A stretch of DNA of 64,000 nucleotides from Thermoplasmata archaeon (GCA_021802055.1 JAKAAY010000004.1:16177-80176), one strand, 5' to 3'. Shown: positions 26,340-37,337, counted from the first letter of the stretch. A program made the numbers and translations. The notes: generated by a model from the letters alone, not told the origin.

Positions 26340-27184
26340 CAGATGGAAACCAAAAGCACCAGGAGGTAGAGGTTTGAGAAGTGAAATGCTTGCTTGAAGG
26401 AAGATGCTGCCAGGTTCTTAACATAGATGGCCACCATAAAGTAAATGAGTATAGCATCGAGGATTATTGCCACGAAAAAATATGCCGTCCCCACCGCAAG
26501 TTCAGGAAGAAAGAATGGCAGGAGACTGTAGATGACCATTATGCCTGAGTTAGCAACGATGTATCCAAAAGCCCTGTTTTCCGGGACAAGCGACGGGAGC
26601 ATGGGTACCCCTGCCGATGTGTAGTCCTTCTTTGTCCCCATGGCAAGGCTCCAGAAATGAGTGGGAGTCCAAACAAAGACAAGGAGTGCTATATAAATGG
26701 CCGTCAAGGAAACCGAACCTGTGACCGCGGACCATCCTGCGAGGGCAGGGAAGCTACCGGCTATGCCTCCTATGACAATATTTAGCGACGTCCTTCTCTT
26801 CAGAACCATTGTATAAAGAAGGACATAGCTGACGAAGCCTCCCAGGATGAAGAGAAGCGTGAGTAAATTTATCAGGAAATATGCAACTGCGCTGGCAAAA
26901 ATAAGAATAATCGATGAATATGCGATGAACCTCCTGTAATTCTCCTGGTTGACTATGTTGCTTCTGTAGGAGGTCCTTGCCATTATGACATCTATATCCC
27001 TGTCGTATATGTTATTGAAAAGGGATGCAGAAATGGATGACAGCCCTCCGGCCACAAGCAGGGGCAGAAGTATTATGAGTCTCGTCGAGGCACCCGGAGC
27101 AGCAAGAAAGCCTGTTACTGCGACTACCAGTATGAGAAAAGTGATCTCGGCCTTGGTGATCCTAATTATATCTCTTAGGCTCAT
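26324..27184 (-). CDS. ctaB: Protoheme IX farnesyltransferase (heme O synthase)
   Basis: UbiA-family motif NNIYDRDIDVIMARTSYR. ATG 27184 (MSLRDIIRITK) was chosen because the longer ORF overlaps the sulfocyanin-like gene. Confidence 0.85.
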   Translation of the reverse strand: MSLRDIIRITKAEITFLILVVAVTGFLAAPGASTRLIILLPLLVAGGLSSISASLFNNIYDRDIDVIMARTSYRSNIVNQENYRRFIAYSSIILIFASAVAYFLINLLTLLFILGGFVSYVLLYTMVLKRRTSLNIVIGGIAGSFPALAGWSAVTGSVSLTAIYIALLVFVWTPTHFWSLAMGTKKDYTSAGVPMLPSLVPENRAFGYIVANSGIMVIYSLLPFFLPELAVGTAYFFVAIILDAILIYFMVAIYVKNLAASSFKQAFHFSNLYLLVLLVSIWWIIA

Positions 27185-28736
27185 TGACCGTACCTGAGAG
27201 GACGTATGTATACTGGGTTCCACTGTTTTCCGATGGATATGCATACATATGAGTAAAAGGTATTGCAACAGATGCAGAAGCACTGGTTTCGTTTGTAACA
27301 TTGATACTGGATACAGCTGATGATGGGTGATATGTATCGAAGTAGGTATAAGTTCCATACATTTGGAACAGGAAGTAGCCGAAGGAGGTTTTCACAGTGC
27401 TGTTTACTGAAGTTACATTCTCAGTGGTTCCTGCATATGGAAGGTTGCCATATGATATTGCCAGCGTATGATTAAGTCCGTCCCCATTGATCAGTGTGAA
27501 ATTGACCATCGTCCCCAGAGTCAGGTTGAAAACAGGATTCACAGATCCCACAGAATAATTCCAGCCCAAGTGGTTTGCATAAAGCGTAATGTTCCGGAGG
27601 TGCTCATAATACAGGATGTTCCCAGTGGAGCCACTGGTAACCTTGTTGTCGATAAGGGTAACTTTTGTGAAGTTGTATGATGCAATTTCAACGCTGGTTG
27701 ATGCATTTGTGGTTGAGACCAAAGTACCGTTCGATACTGCAGAGTAACGGTCCGAGGAAACCATGACAGAGTAGTTCAGTTTGGATGTATCCTCAAAATG
27801 CAGGACAACGGCGGTTGAAATGGCCACTGGTAAAGTCCAGTTTCGGGTGCCGCCTGTCACAAGGCCAAGATCGGTCACCGCAATCGAGGCTGTACTGGTG
27901 CTCCTGGTGATGAAGATGTGACCAACTGTCTTCGAGGGATAATATGAATCCCAGTAGGTGAATTCTTCAGTTGTGTTAAAGTACAGGTTAACCGATACTG
28001 ATCTCCCGTTCGTTGTGCCAATTTCCGTGGCATTAATTACCGTGGAGTTGAAACTGGAAACGTTGTCACCTGGGGCAACAATAAAGTCGTGCATACTGGT
28101 TCCATTCTGGATGATCGTGAAATTCACGAGACTATCGTTCCCAAAGAAGAGGTTTGGATTTGTACCATTGCTGCTGGTGAATCCAGAATTTGTTGCGGTC
28201 AGCGATACATGTGCGGTAACGGTGGCGCTTGAAGGGGGAGTTGGGAATTTATAAACATTAGACGGAAGTGAGGACACCACATTTATAAGGCCAACCATTG
28301 TGGTTGGATGTATGGTGCACCAGTAAGTGAAGACTCCCACTGTGTCGAAATAAGCGGTTACGTATGATATGTGACCGGGAGTGGTTGTGATCTGTGAGGT
28401 GGAAAGCAGGGTATCGGAATAACTGGATTCTGAAGAACCAGGGTTGATGGTAAGAGTATGTGGTTGATTGTCCTCCTCTATAACAGTAAAGTGAACAAGC
28501 GTGCCATTGAGGATAGTAATGGTTGGGTTGCTTGGTCCGTGAAGGTAGTCCCATCCACTGGCATCGGCATATAAGGTGATGTTGACTTCATGTGGGGGAT
28601 GCGCGGGAGCAGAGGGTAAGGAGAAAGTCTGAGATACAGGATAATTCACTGTGGTGAATAGCGTGGCGCCCATTGCAAGCAGGATAATGACTGCAAAAAT
28701 TACTCCAACAAGTTTACCTGCGGCCTTATCATTCAT
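27162..28736 (-). CDS. Multidomain sulfocyanin-like blue copper protein (N-terminal TM anchor plus repeated cupredoxin modules)
   Basis: The first module has a complete T1 Cu set (QPHTL ... YWCTIHPTTM). Later modules repeat the fold signature (NITLYA..GW.Y...NP....GT.V.FT.I....HTL) but read YWDSYYPSK and YFDTYHPSS. ATG 28736 lies 1 nt after the coxI stop. Confidence 0.75.
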   Translation of the reverse strand: MNDKAAGKLVGVIFAVIILLAMGATLFTTVNYPVSQTFSLPSAPAHPPHEVNITLYADASGWDYLHGPSNPTITILNGTLVHFTVIEEDNQPHTLTINPGSSESSYSDTLLSTSQITTTPGHISYVTAYFDTVGVFTYWCTIHPTTMVGLINVVSSLPSNVYKFPTPPSSATVTAHVSLTATNSGFTSSNGTNPNLFFGNDSLVNFTIIQNGTSMHDFIVAPGDNVSSFNSTVINATEIGTTNGRSVSVNLYFNTTEEFTYWDSYYPSKTVGHIFITRSTSTASIAVTDLGLVTGGTRNWTLPVAISTAVVLHFEDTSKLNYSVMVSSDRYSAVSNGTLVSTTNASTSVEIASYNFTKVTLIDNKVTSGSTGNILYYEHLRNITLYANHLGWNYSVGSVNPVFNLTLGTMVNFTLINGDGLNHTLAISYGNLPYAGTTENVTSVNSTVKTSFGYFLFQMYGTYTYFDTYHPSSAVSSINVTNETSASASVAIPFTHMYAYPSENSGTQYTYVLSGTVNEPKRYN

Positions 28737-28737
28737 A

Positions 28738-30417
28738 TCAGGCATCAACTCCAGGGACCGCAAACGGTTTCTCCAGTATTGACTCGTCAGATGTTGTCGG
28801 CTCTTTGAGCCAGCTCATTGCAAAGTTGGCAAGGAATACCAGTTGCCCTATTCCAATTATGACTCCGCCTATGATTGAAGCATCCTGATATGCCTGGAAC
28901 CAGCTGAAGTACCCAGCAACTGCCCTAGGCATCCCCAGAAACCCTCCCACGGCCCAGGCCGTTGACATGAGCATGGACCCAATAGCGGTCAGGTAAAAAT
29001 GTACCCTGGCCAAGAGTACATTATACATCCTTCCCCCTGTGATCAGTGGGAAGAGCAGGTAAACCGCAGCCATCGTTATGCCCACAGTTATTCCCATAAA
29101 TATGAAGTGAAAGTGGGCAGTAACCCAGTAAGTCCCATGAACCAGCTGGTTTACGGGCTGATAAACCTGCATTACACCGGTTATACCACCTATTATGAAA
29201 TCTATAATTCCGTTCAGGACAAAGAGCATGGGAGTGGTAAGCCTGATCTTGTTGGCCTGCCAGAACGTTGCAATCCAGTTGAAAACGGTGATTGCCGACG
29301 GTATCACGACGATGAAAGAGGTGGTTTCAAACAGGATATCCCAGGCCACTCCAAGACCTGAGTTAAGAAGGTGATGGCCGAATACGGTCATACTTAGAAT
29401 GGTGAGCAATCCCAGACCAAGTACACCGGATCTGTAACTGTAAATGCTGGTGCCTGTGAATCTTGGAATAATCTCGTAGATGATTCCAAAATAAGGAATG
29501 ACAGCAATGTACACAATAGGATGGCCCCACCACCAGAACAGGATCAAAAAAAGCAGGACGTTGTGGGCTGAAGCCGTGAAGAATATGGGAGCATAATAAT
29601 CATACATCAGCATCGTTAAACCCACAAGAATGGGCGGGATTGAGACTATCATCATCAGGGCGGTGTCAAGAATGCTCCATGAAAACAGAGACATCTTGCC
29701 AAGCTTGATATCCTTGCTTCTGTCGAACAGGATGATCTGGACAATGACTATGGCGACGATCAAAAGGCCGATAAATATGAAGATCATTCCAAGAATGCCC
29801 ATCCAGGCAAAGAGTCCGCCCCCATTCTGACTGAGCTGAAGTGAAAGCGGAGGGTACAGATACCATCTGAAGGATGATCTGGACAACAGGAATATTATTG
29901 CACCGAAGAGCCAGATCCAGTAGGCAATGGAAGAATAACCGCCCCGGCCGTCTCTTGTGAGATTAAGATGGGAAGGCAACAGGTAGTAACCAAGACCCAC
30001 AGCAGCTCCTACGGCCCACATATAAATCATGAGTGTTGCATGTTCTGTTAGAAGGATGTTGTAGGCGTCTGGAGTAAGGAATGTAAAAAATGTCTGTGGA
30101 ACGTTGTATGTTAGACTGAGTCTCATCCCCAGTCCGAACGTTCCTGCTATGAAAAAGAACAAAATGGAGGTGAGAAGGTACCTTAGTCCAAGGCTTCTTG
30201 CGTCATTGTCTACCATGATATTCCATGATATTCTTCTTTTCTTGTTAGCAACAAAATCCCTGTAGAACTGTGCCGTGCTTTGATAGCCTCGTTCTCTGGC
30301 CATTTCAGCAAGTTTAGCCTTCCTGTCGGCTATAATATAGTAGATTGCAAACGCGACAATACCTATAAGGGACAGGATTACACCGGATGTCAGCATTAGG
30401 GTTGAATAATCTGCCAT
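28738..30417 (-). CDS. coxA: Heme-copper oxidase subunit I
   Basis: WWWGHPIVYI, WVTAHFHFIFMG and 12 or more TMs. Confidence 0.9.
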   Translation of the reverse strand: MADYSTLMLTSGVILSLIGIVAFAIYYIIADRKAKLAEMARERGYQSTAQFYRDFVANKKRRISWNIMVDNDARSLGLRYLLTSILFFFIAGTFGLGMRLSLTYNVPQTFFTFLTPDAYNILLTEHATLMIYMWAVGAAVGLGYYLLPSHLNLTRDGRGGYSSIAYWIWLFGAIIFLLSRSSFRWYLYPPLSLQLSQNGGGLFAWMGILGMIFIFIGLLIVAIVIVQIILFDRSKDIKLGKMSLFSWSILDTALMMIVSIPPILVGLTMLMYDYYAPIFFTASAHNVLLFLILFWWWGHPIVYIAVIPYFGIIYEIIPRFTGTSIYSYRSGVLGLGLLTILSMTVFGHHLLNSGLGVAWDILFETTSFIVVIPSAITVFNWIATFWQANKIRLTTPMLFVLNGIIDFIIGGITGVMQVYQPVNQLVHGTYWVTAHFHFIFMGITVGITMAAVYLLFPLITGGRMYNVLLARVHFYLTAIGSMLMSTAWAVGGFLGMPRAVAGYFSWFQAYQDASIIGGVIIGIGQLVFLANFAMSWLKEPTTSDESILEKPFAVPGVDA

Positions 30418-30863
30418 TAGCTGATCACCGTCAGGTATCCTCTCATTTCGTAGTGAAACTCACCGCAGTATTCCACACACTCAAAAAAGAACTGACCAGT
30501 GCTGGTGGGAGTAAATGAAACGGTATTGTTCTGTCCAGGTACTGCGTAACTCTGTATATCCATCTGGGGGATGTAGAGATCATGAATGACGTCGCTTGAA
30601 TTGACAATAAGGGTAATTCTTGTATTTACAGTGACAACAAGGTTGTTCTCGGCCTGAGTGCCATTTGGATAGATAAACGTCCACGCCCACTGGTGGCCAA
30701 TGACATGGATAACCTCTCCCGAGGCGTTGGTGACAGGCGAAGCATCCTGCGCAATAGATCCTTTGGTCTGCATTATGGCTGCGTAATTTGCAACTGCAAA
30801 GACAGCCAGGACAACTATGACCATTGCCATGAAAACCGTCTCGATTTTCCCCTTAGACATCAT
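30417..30863 (-). CDS. coxB: Heme-copper oxidase subunit II (CuA)
   Basis: HQWAW, DVIHD and the CuA motif FECVEYCGEFHYEM. Confidence 0.9.
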   Translation of the reverse strand: MMSKGKIETVFMAMVIVVLAVFAVANYAAIMQTKGSIAQDASPVTNASGEVIHVIGHQWAWTFIYPNGTQAENNLVVTVNTRITLIVNSSDVIHDLYIPQMDIQSYAVPGQNNTVSFTPTSTGQFFFECVEYCGEFHYEMRGYLTVIS

Positions 30864-31108
30864 TTGAAATCCTCCCAGTCGTAGCTCTTGTCGATTTTAC
30901 TCTTCAATGGATAAATGAGCATTGAAATGGTAAACGCCCCGGCAGCCATGCCCGTGGCAAGGAATGCCGCCATGCCGGGCGTGCTCTGCGCTGCATTTTG
31001 GCTCGCAAAGAACACTGTGAACTGGTATTCGAAGATGAAGTAAAAGACGACACCCACAATGATCGACATCACAAGGAGGTAAATCACAACCTTTCGGTCA
31101 TGGCTCAT
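30860..31108 (-). CDS. Small two-TM protein, first gene of the oxidase operon (possible small subunit)
   Basis: Two TMs, and a 4-nt overlap with coxB. A TATA-like TTAAATAT ends 21 nt upstream of ATG 31108. The track ORF extends to 31183. Confidence 0.45.
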   Translation of the reverse strand: MSHDRKVVIYLLVMSIIVGVVFYFIFEYQFTVFFASQNAAQSTPGMAAFLATGMAAGAFTISMLIYPLKSKIDKSYDWEDFK

Positions 31109-31488
31109 AAAGACTGTGAGCACTATTCCATATTTAATCATTTTTTTATGTATTCCCGCTCTAATAGGCATTTCTTTAAGCATTTTCCTGAATTTTCCTT
31201 CGAACTTATTAGGTCAGCTTTCTAGATCTTGTATGCAAAAACGCGTTTTAGCCGATGTCTACGGTTCAAAGTTGAGTTGTTCTAAAGAAGTCCCCTGCAT
31301 AAAACAGGTCAAGGCGGGAATCAAAGAGGTCTTCACGGATAGAATTAACATTTCCTGGCCATTGCGACTTGATTGGTTAACCAGCAACACTCCGTTGAGT
31401 AGTGTTTGTATATGGGACTTCTTGCAACCTACCGATCACGTTTTTGAATCATAAGTATATTAATTGAGCCAGGCAATTACCCGCCATA

Positions 31489-33054
31489 ATGAGTGGCCTG
31501 GAAATCATCCTTCTGGCTGTTGTTCTCTGGATTGTTCTTCTGGTGATACTGACTCCACAAATCAGGAAGAGCCGGCACATATCTTTCTACGGACCGGCCA
31601 TAATGGTCAAGGCGCTCAAGAACCGTGGCTGGCTTGACAAGCTTGCGAAGATTTTCCCCCGGGAACTCACTTCTAGAGCTGTGGTGGTGGCCACCATGGC
31701 TTTTCTTCTCATGGGAGTGGCATTTCTGCTGTTTGAAGCATACCTTTCCCTCCAGATAAAGGCCACTTCGGCTCCGTCAGTATCCTCATTTCTTATACTT
31801 CCAGGTATCAATCCTTTCATTCCTGTGTTCTATGGAACCTTTGCACTGGTGTTCTCAGTTGTCATCCATGAGATAATGCACGGAGTCATTGCAAGGAAAA
31901 ACGGCATAAGGGTAAATTCTGTCGGGGCCCTATTTCTCGTCATACCCATAGGTGCTTTTGTAGAGCCCGATCAGGAAGAAATTTCCAAGGCTGACCCGGT
32001 AATAAGGAGGAGGGTCTTCGCAGCAGGGCCTGCAACAAATCTCATCCTGGCGATTATCTTCTTCGTTCTGCTTGTTGGAGTCATGATGCCGGCAGCGAGC
32101 CCAGTCCATGACGGAGTGTACATACTCAGTGAGCCTCCGAATAATTATCTTGGCAGTTTCGGAATAGGCCAGGGCAGCGAGCTGATCTCTTACGGCAATT
32201 ATTCAGGTGCATCGATTGACCAGCTTGGATACGGTCCGTCAGCGCCACCAGGGACCATTCTTAAAGCAACGTTTGCGACAGGTTCTGTGATAACCCACGT
32301 TTCCATTCCTAGTGGCATATATGTCTATTCGACGTATCCAGGCTTTCCTGCCGAGAAAGCCGGATTGCAACCCGGTCAGATCTTTTACTCAATCAACGGC
32401 ACCATGATAGAGAGATACAGCCAGGTCGATCAGGTACTCAATTCCACTGCGCCAGGAACAACAATTCCGGTGGTAATGATAGATTTCAACTATTCCGGAG
32501 CGTCTCCCGTTGAGGTTTACAAGTACTACAATGTAACGACGGTATCTAAGTACTCGTTCTACAATCAGTACGCCCCTGCCCAGAACAGTCAGGTATTTGA
32601 AAACCAGAGCTTCATGGGATTCGTGCCCGCCTATATCGGTCTTACAGGAATAGGTATGAATGAGCTGAAGAGCACTATATTCGGCGCTTCTGCACTTACT
32701 TTTACTACCAGAGGCGTGATAGAGACCGTTGCCCTGCCGTTTCTCGGTCTAACTCCAGTTCCCAGCAGCGTTTCTTCGCTCTTCACGGTTCCAGCTCCAT
32801 CCATATTCTGGATAATCACAGACATGGTTTTCTGGCTGTTCTGGATGAATTTCCTGCTGGGTCTTACAAATGCCCTTCCGATTTTCATATTCGATGGAGG
32901 ACAATTTACGCGGGACACTCTAATGATTGCCTCCAGGAGGAAGGTATTCTCTTTCCTAGCCAAGGAGGAAAACGTAAACAGAATAATGTACTTCCTAGGG
33001 CTCTTTATGGTTTTTCTCATAATATGGCAGATTGTGGTGCCCCAGATCATATAG
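31489..33054 (+). CDS. Site-2 protease family (M50) membrane metalloprotease
   Basis: HEIMHG zinc motif and NALPIFIFDGG, with a large insert between the TM cores. Confidence 0.85.
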   Translation: MSGLEIILLAVVLWIVLLVILTPQIRKSRHISFYGPAIMVKALKNRGWLDKLAKIFPRELTSRAVVVATMAFLLMGVAFLLFEAYLSLQIKATSAPSVSSFLILPGINPFIPVFYGTFALVFSVVIHEIMHGVIARKNGIRVNSVGALFLVIPIGAFVEPDQEEISKADPVIRRRVFAAGPATNLILAIIFFVLLVGVMMPAASPVHDGVYILSEPPNNYLGSFGIGQGSELISYGNYSGASIDQLGYGPSAPPGTILKATFATGSVITHVSIPSGIYVYSTYPGFPAEKAGLQPGQIFYSINGTMIERYSQVDQVLNSTAPGTTIPVVMIDFNYSGASPVEVYKYYNVTTVSKYSFYNQYAPAQNSQVFENQSFMGFVPAYIGLTGIGMNELKSTIFGASALTFTTRGVIETVALPFLGLTPVPSSVSSLFTVPAPSIFWIITDMVFWLFWMNFLLGLTNALPIFIFDGGQFTRDTLMIASRRKVFSFLAKEENVNRIMYFLGLFMVFLIIWQIVVPQII

Positions 33055-33238
33055 AGGTGGGGGCACCCATGGAGATTTGCCGGCTCTGAACCTTACCCTC
33101 CCCATTGGAAACCTGCAGGTGGAGGGACCAGGTCTTGCGCTTGAGAGGCGTCTTTGAATCAATCTAGGTCCAACATGGACCTTGAGTGCAAAGCCTCCAG
33201 ACTAGATGGGTTTATATAGAAGGATAAATTTACACACG

Positions 33239-33772
33239 ATGGCCTACCCTTCTGGCACAGAGAGACAACGCTACAAAAACTACGAGACCGACATGGAACT
33301 GGCCAGGGTTTTAGCTTCCAGGAGGAAAGAAAGGGAAAACGCTATGCTCAGACTGGAAATGGCAAGACTGAAGGAACGGTCTTCTTCAGAACGGGATAAA
33401 CTTCTTCGCCAGCTGGCTGAGTTGGATAACCTTCTCAGGGCAAAAGAGAGGGAAGCGGCAACCATCAAGAAATTTGCTAGCAAAGACGTAATAAGCTCAT
33501 TGCTTCCCGTTTTCGACTCTCTGGATTCCGCAATTTCCAGAGAGGACGTACCGGGCCTCTCCTCCCTCAGGGAACAGATATTGAAGGCCCTGTCCCAATT
33601 TGGGTTCAAGACAATAGAGGCAAAGGGAAAGAAATATGATCCTTATCTCCATGAGGTTGTTGGGATATCCGAAAATGGCGAAGACGGAATTATTGAGGAA
33701 GAAATCCAGAAAGGATACCTGCTCAATAATGAGGTGTTAAGGTCGTCTAAGGTAATAGTATCTAAAAAGTGA
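33239..33772 (+). CDS. grpE: Nucleotide exchange factor GrpE
   Basis: Coiled-coil N-terminus and C-terminal GKKYDPYLHEVVG. TATA TTTATATA lies 20-29 nt upstream of ATG 33239. Confidence 0.9.
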   Translation: MAYPSGTERQRYKNYETDMELARVLASRRKERENAMLRLEMARLKERSSSERDKLLRQLAELDNLLRAKEREAATIKKFASKDVISSLLPVFDSLDSAISREDVPGLSSLREQILKALSQFGFKTIEAKGKKYDPYLHEVVGISENGEDGIIEEEIQKGYLLNNEVLRSSKVIVSKK

Positions 33773-33778
33773 TGGAAA

Positions 33779-35638
33779 ATGTCTAAGATAATAGGAATTG
33801 ATTTGGGAACAAGTAATTCAGCGGCTGCAGTAGTAATTTCAGGAAAGGCTACAGTTATCCCCAGTGCAGAGGGTGTTTCTATGGGAGGAAAGGCCTTTCC
33901 CAGCTATGTGGCGTTCACAAAGGACGGGCAACTGTTGGTTGGTGAACCGGCTAAGAGGCAGTCTCTCCTCAATCCGGAAGGCACCGTAATGGCAGCAAAG
34001 AGAAAGATGGGGACGGACTTCAAGTTTAAGGTCTATGGGAAGGAATATACTCCTCAGCAGATCTCAGCCTTCATACTCCAGAAGATAAAGAAGGATGCAG
34101 AGCAGTTTCTTGGGGAGCCTGTTAAAGAGGCTGTGATAACTGTTCCTGCATATTTCAACGACAACCAGAGACAGGCTACAAAGGACGCGGGCCAAATCGC
34201 CGGCCTTGAAGTTAAAAGAATCATCAACGAGCCCACTGCGGCATCCCTTGCATATGGAATAGACAAGCAGGGGACCTCGCAGAAAATTCTGGTTTTTGAT
34301 CTGGGTGGTGGAACGCTGGACGTCACCATCATGGACTTTGGGGATGGAGTGTTTGAGGTTGTTTCAACCTCAGGAGACACACAGCTCGGCGGAACAGACA
34401 TGGACGAGGCTCTGATCAACTACATTTCACAGAAATTCAAGGAAAAGGAAGGCATAGATCTCAAGGGAGACAAGCAGGCATACATCAGGCTCAAGGATGC
34501 CGCAGAAAAGGCGAAGATTGAACTTTCCACCACAATGGCCACAGAAATAAACCTCCCATTCGTGACTTCAGTATCCGGACAGCCCAAGCACCTTCAGATG
34601 AACATTACAAGGGCCGAACTGGAGAATCTAATCAAGCCCATAGTTGAGAGGGCAAGAAAACCCATCGATATGGCACTTGAGTCTGGCAAGTTGAAGAAGG
34701 AGGATCTCAGCAGGATTATTCTTGTCGGAGGGCCGACCAGGATCCCCTATGTCAGAAAGTTCGTTGAGGATTATTTCGGGAGAAAAGCGGAGGGGGGCGT
34801 GGACCCAATGGAATGTGTCGCAATCGGGGCTGCGCTGCAGGGTGCAATCATGACTGGAGAAATCAAGGATATTGTACTCCTTGACGTCACTCCCCTCACC
34901 CTTGGAATTGAGACTTTGGGAGGAATAGTTACCCCTCTCATTCCCGCAAACACCACCATACCAACAAAAAAATCGCAGGTGTTCACAACAGCAGCAGACA
35001 TGCAGACTGCAGTTACTGTGCACATTGTCCAGGGGGAACGTCCTCTGGCAAAGGACAACGTTTCACTGGGTATGTTCAACCTCGTGGGGATACCTCCCGC
35101 GCCCAGAGGCATACCGCAGATAGAGGTATCCTTCGATATAGACGCGAATGGAATACTCAACGTTGAGGCTGTGGACAAAGGATCCCAAAAGAAGCAGGGC
35201 ATCTCCATAACAGCAAGCAACAAGCTCTCCAAGGAAGAGATAGAAAAGATGAGGAAACAGGCAGAAGAGTTTTCCGAGGAGGACAAGAAAAGGAAAGAGG
35301 AAGTTGAACTGGTCAACCAAGCAGATTCCCTGGTATACACGGTGGAGAAGACCATTGCTGATGCAGGGGATAAGATTGATAGCCAGACTAAGGAGCAGGT
35401 TCAGAGTTCGCTCAAGGAGCTTAAGGAAGCCATTGAATCAAAGGATCAGGAGAAAATCAAATCAGGCATGGATAAGCTGAGCAAGGAGATCCAGGAGGTA
35501 GGTGCCAAAATGTACCAGCAGGCTCCTGAGGAAACCGTCAATACAGACTCCTCACAGTCAGGCAGTCAGGAAAGCGGCGAATCTCAATCAAAGGGCGGGA
35601 ACGAAGACAATGTCGTTGACGCGGAAGAGACGAAATAA
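33779..35638 (+). CDS. dnaK: Hsp70 chaperone DnaK
   Basis: [17 protein letters not shown] and VGGPTRIP. Confidence 0.97.
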   Translation: MSKIIGIDLGTSNSAAAVVISGKATVIPSAEGVSMGGKAFPSYVAFTKDGQLLVGEPAKRQSLLNPEGTVMAAKRKMGTDFKFKVYGKEYTPQQISAFILQKIKKDAEQFLGEPVKEAVITVPAYFNDNQRQATKDAGQIAGLEVKRIINEPTAASLAYGIDKQGTSQKILVFDLGGGTLDVTIMDFGDGVFEVVSTSGDTQLGGTDMDEALINYISQKFKEKEGIDLKGDKQAYIRLKDAAEKAKIELSTTMATEINLPFVTSVSGQPKHLQMNITRAELENLIKPIVERARKPIDMALESGKLKKEDLSRIILVGGPTRIPYVRKFVEDYFGRKAEGGVDPMECVAIGAALQGAIMTGEIKDIVLLDVTPLTLGIETLGGIVTPLIPANTTIPTKKSQVFTTAADMQTAVTVHIVQGERPLAKDNVSLGMFNLVGIPPAPRGIPQIEVSFDIDANGILNVEAVDKGSQKKQGISITASNKLSKEEIEKMRKQAEEFSEEDKKRKEEVELVNQADSLVYTVEKTIADAGDKIDSQTKEQVQSSLKELKEAIESKDQEKIKSGMDKLSKEIQEVGAKMYQQAPEETVNTDSSQSGSQESGESQSKGGNEDNVVDAEETK

Positions 35639-35649
35639 CCGATCTGACA

Positions 35650-36738
35650 ATGAACAAGGATTACTACGCGATACTGGGAGTAGACAAAAAAGCTTCACAG
35701 GAAGACATAAAGAAGTCTTTTAGGCAGCTTGCCAGGAAGTACCATCCAGATGCAAATCCTACTGACAAAAAACAGGCTGAAGAGAAATTCAAGGAGATAA
35801 GCGAAGCATACGAGGTTCTTTCTGACCCCGAAAAGAGATCGGTCTACGATCGGACAGGCAGTGTTGATTTCGGTTCAGGCAGAACCGATTTCAACTGGCA
35901 GGATTTCACACACTATTCGGATTTCCAGGACATATTTGACAGGATTTTCGGTGGTAATTTTGGCGATTCATTCTTCGGTGGGTTCAGGAATCAGGGACCT
36001 GACCTTGACCTTGCAGTAAGGGTAAAGGTGTCCCTTGAAGACATATACTACGGCTCAACCAAGAACATAAAGTTCAGGCACAACACCCGGTGCGAAGCCT
36101 GCGAAGGGACCGGCGCCCAGGGAGGGGTTCAGACCAGATGTCCCACATGTAATGGCACCGGGCAGGAAAGGGTGGTTCAGGGACAGGGATTTTTCCGCAT
36201 GGTTACTGTCACAACATGCAGGAAATGCAACGGAAGGGGACAGATCCCCAGGGAGCCATGCAGTGTTTGTAAGGGATACGGTAGCCTGGCCAAGACCGAG
36301 ATACTTGAATTAAGCGTACCAAAGGGAGCACCTAATAACCTAAAGATAAGGTACAAGGGGAAGGGGCAATCGCAGAATGGGAGAACCGGTGACCTCTTCG
36401 TCATTCTAAACGTTACGGAGGAGCCCGGTATTGCAAGAAGCGGGGATGACCTTTACATAGAGCAGGAAATCTCGTTTCCGGAAGCCGCCCTCGGGACCGA
36501 GAGAGAAATCCAGATCTTCCGCGATAAGTATGTTCTTAAGATTCCATCAGGCACCCAGCCTGGAGAGATCATCAAGATAAAGGGAGCGGGCTTCTATCAT
36601 ATGAATTCAAACAACAGGGGAGACGTAAACGCAATGATCAAGCTCTACGTGCCCAAGAAACTCTCATCCAGGCAGAAGGAGATCCTTGAGGAATTCATGG
36701 GACAGGGCGACAGGAAGCGTTCATGGATGCACCGTTGA
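35650..36738 (+). CDS. dnaJ: Co-chaperone DnaJ
   Basis: J domain with HPD, a Gly/Phe region and four CxxCxGxG repeats. Confidence 0.95.
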   Translation: MNKDYYAILGVDKKASQEDIKKSFRQLARKYHPDANPTDKKQAEEKFKEISEAYEVLSDPEKRSVYDRTGSVDFGSGRTDFNWQDFTHYSDFQDIFDRIFGGNFGDSFFGGFRNQGPDLDLAVRVKVSLEDIYYGSTKNIKFRHNTRCEACEGTGAQGGVQTRCPTCNGTGQERVVQGQGFFRMVTVTTCRKCNGRGQIPREPCSVCKGYGSLAKTEILELSVPKGAPNNLKIRYKGKGQSQNGRTGDLFVILNVTEEPGIARSGDDLYIEQEISFPEAALGTEREIQIFRDKYVLKIPSGTQPGEIIKIKGAGFYHMNSNNRGDVNAMIKLYVPKKLSSRQKEILEEFMGQGDRKRSWMHR

Positions 36739-36795
36739 AGGCGATCATGGTGAGAGGCAAACATTTATTTGTACCGGTGGCTATTTATTCATGAT

Positions 36796-37254
36796 ATGAA
36801 AGCAATAATTTGCTTTGACGGCTCTGCCCCCAGTAAGACCGCATTGAAATTTGCAATGAAACTTGACCCCGTGCTTGAAAAGCTCTATGTCCTCTACGTT
36901 AAACCAACAATCATCGGATCTGGTGCTTCCTTTGAGTCATATGTTCCAGCCACCGTTTATGAGAAGCAGGATGAAACTGCAGAGAGCATCATTTCCCAGG
37001 CTAGGGCAATGGTTGGAGACGGAGTTTCAAACGTCGAATTCCTGTCAGCAGATGCAGGCGGGGAACCAGTTTCTTTTATCGTCGTTAAGACTGCAAAGGA
37101 GAAGGGCGCAGATTTTGTCATCACGGGAACCAGAAAACTTGGTGGCCTCAGCAAGGTCATCCTCGGCTCTGTGAGTTCAGACATAATTAAAATGTCGGAA
37201 ATACCCGTTCTTGTATGTCCTGAAGACAAGTCGGAGGAAGAGACAAAGTCCTGA
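36796..37254 (+). CDS. Universal stress protein (UspA family)
   Basis: VITGTRKLGGLSKVILGSVSSDIIKMSEIPVLV is the typical Usp C-terminal ATP-binding motif. Confidence 0.85.
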   Translation: MKAIICFDGSAPSKTALKFAMKLDPVLEKLYVLYVKPTIIGSGASFESYVPATVYEKQDETAESIISQARAMVGDGVSNVEFLSADAGGEPVSFIVVKTAKEKGADFVITGTRKLGGLSKVILGSVSSDIIKMSEIPVLVCPEDKSEEETKS

Positions 37255-37337
37255 ATACATTGCTGATTGTTGTTCGGGAACTGTCGACCTGACTCACAAA
37301 AAACATTATTATAGCGTGGGCATTTACCAGTGAGCGC

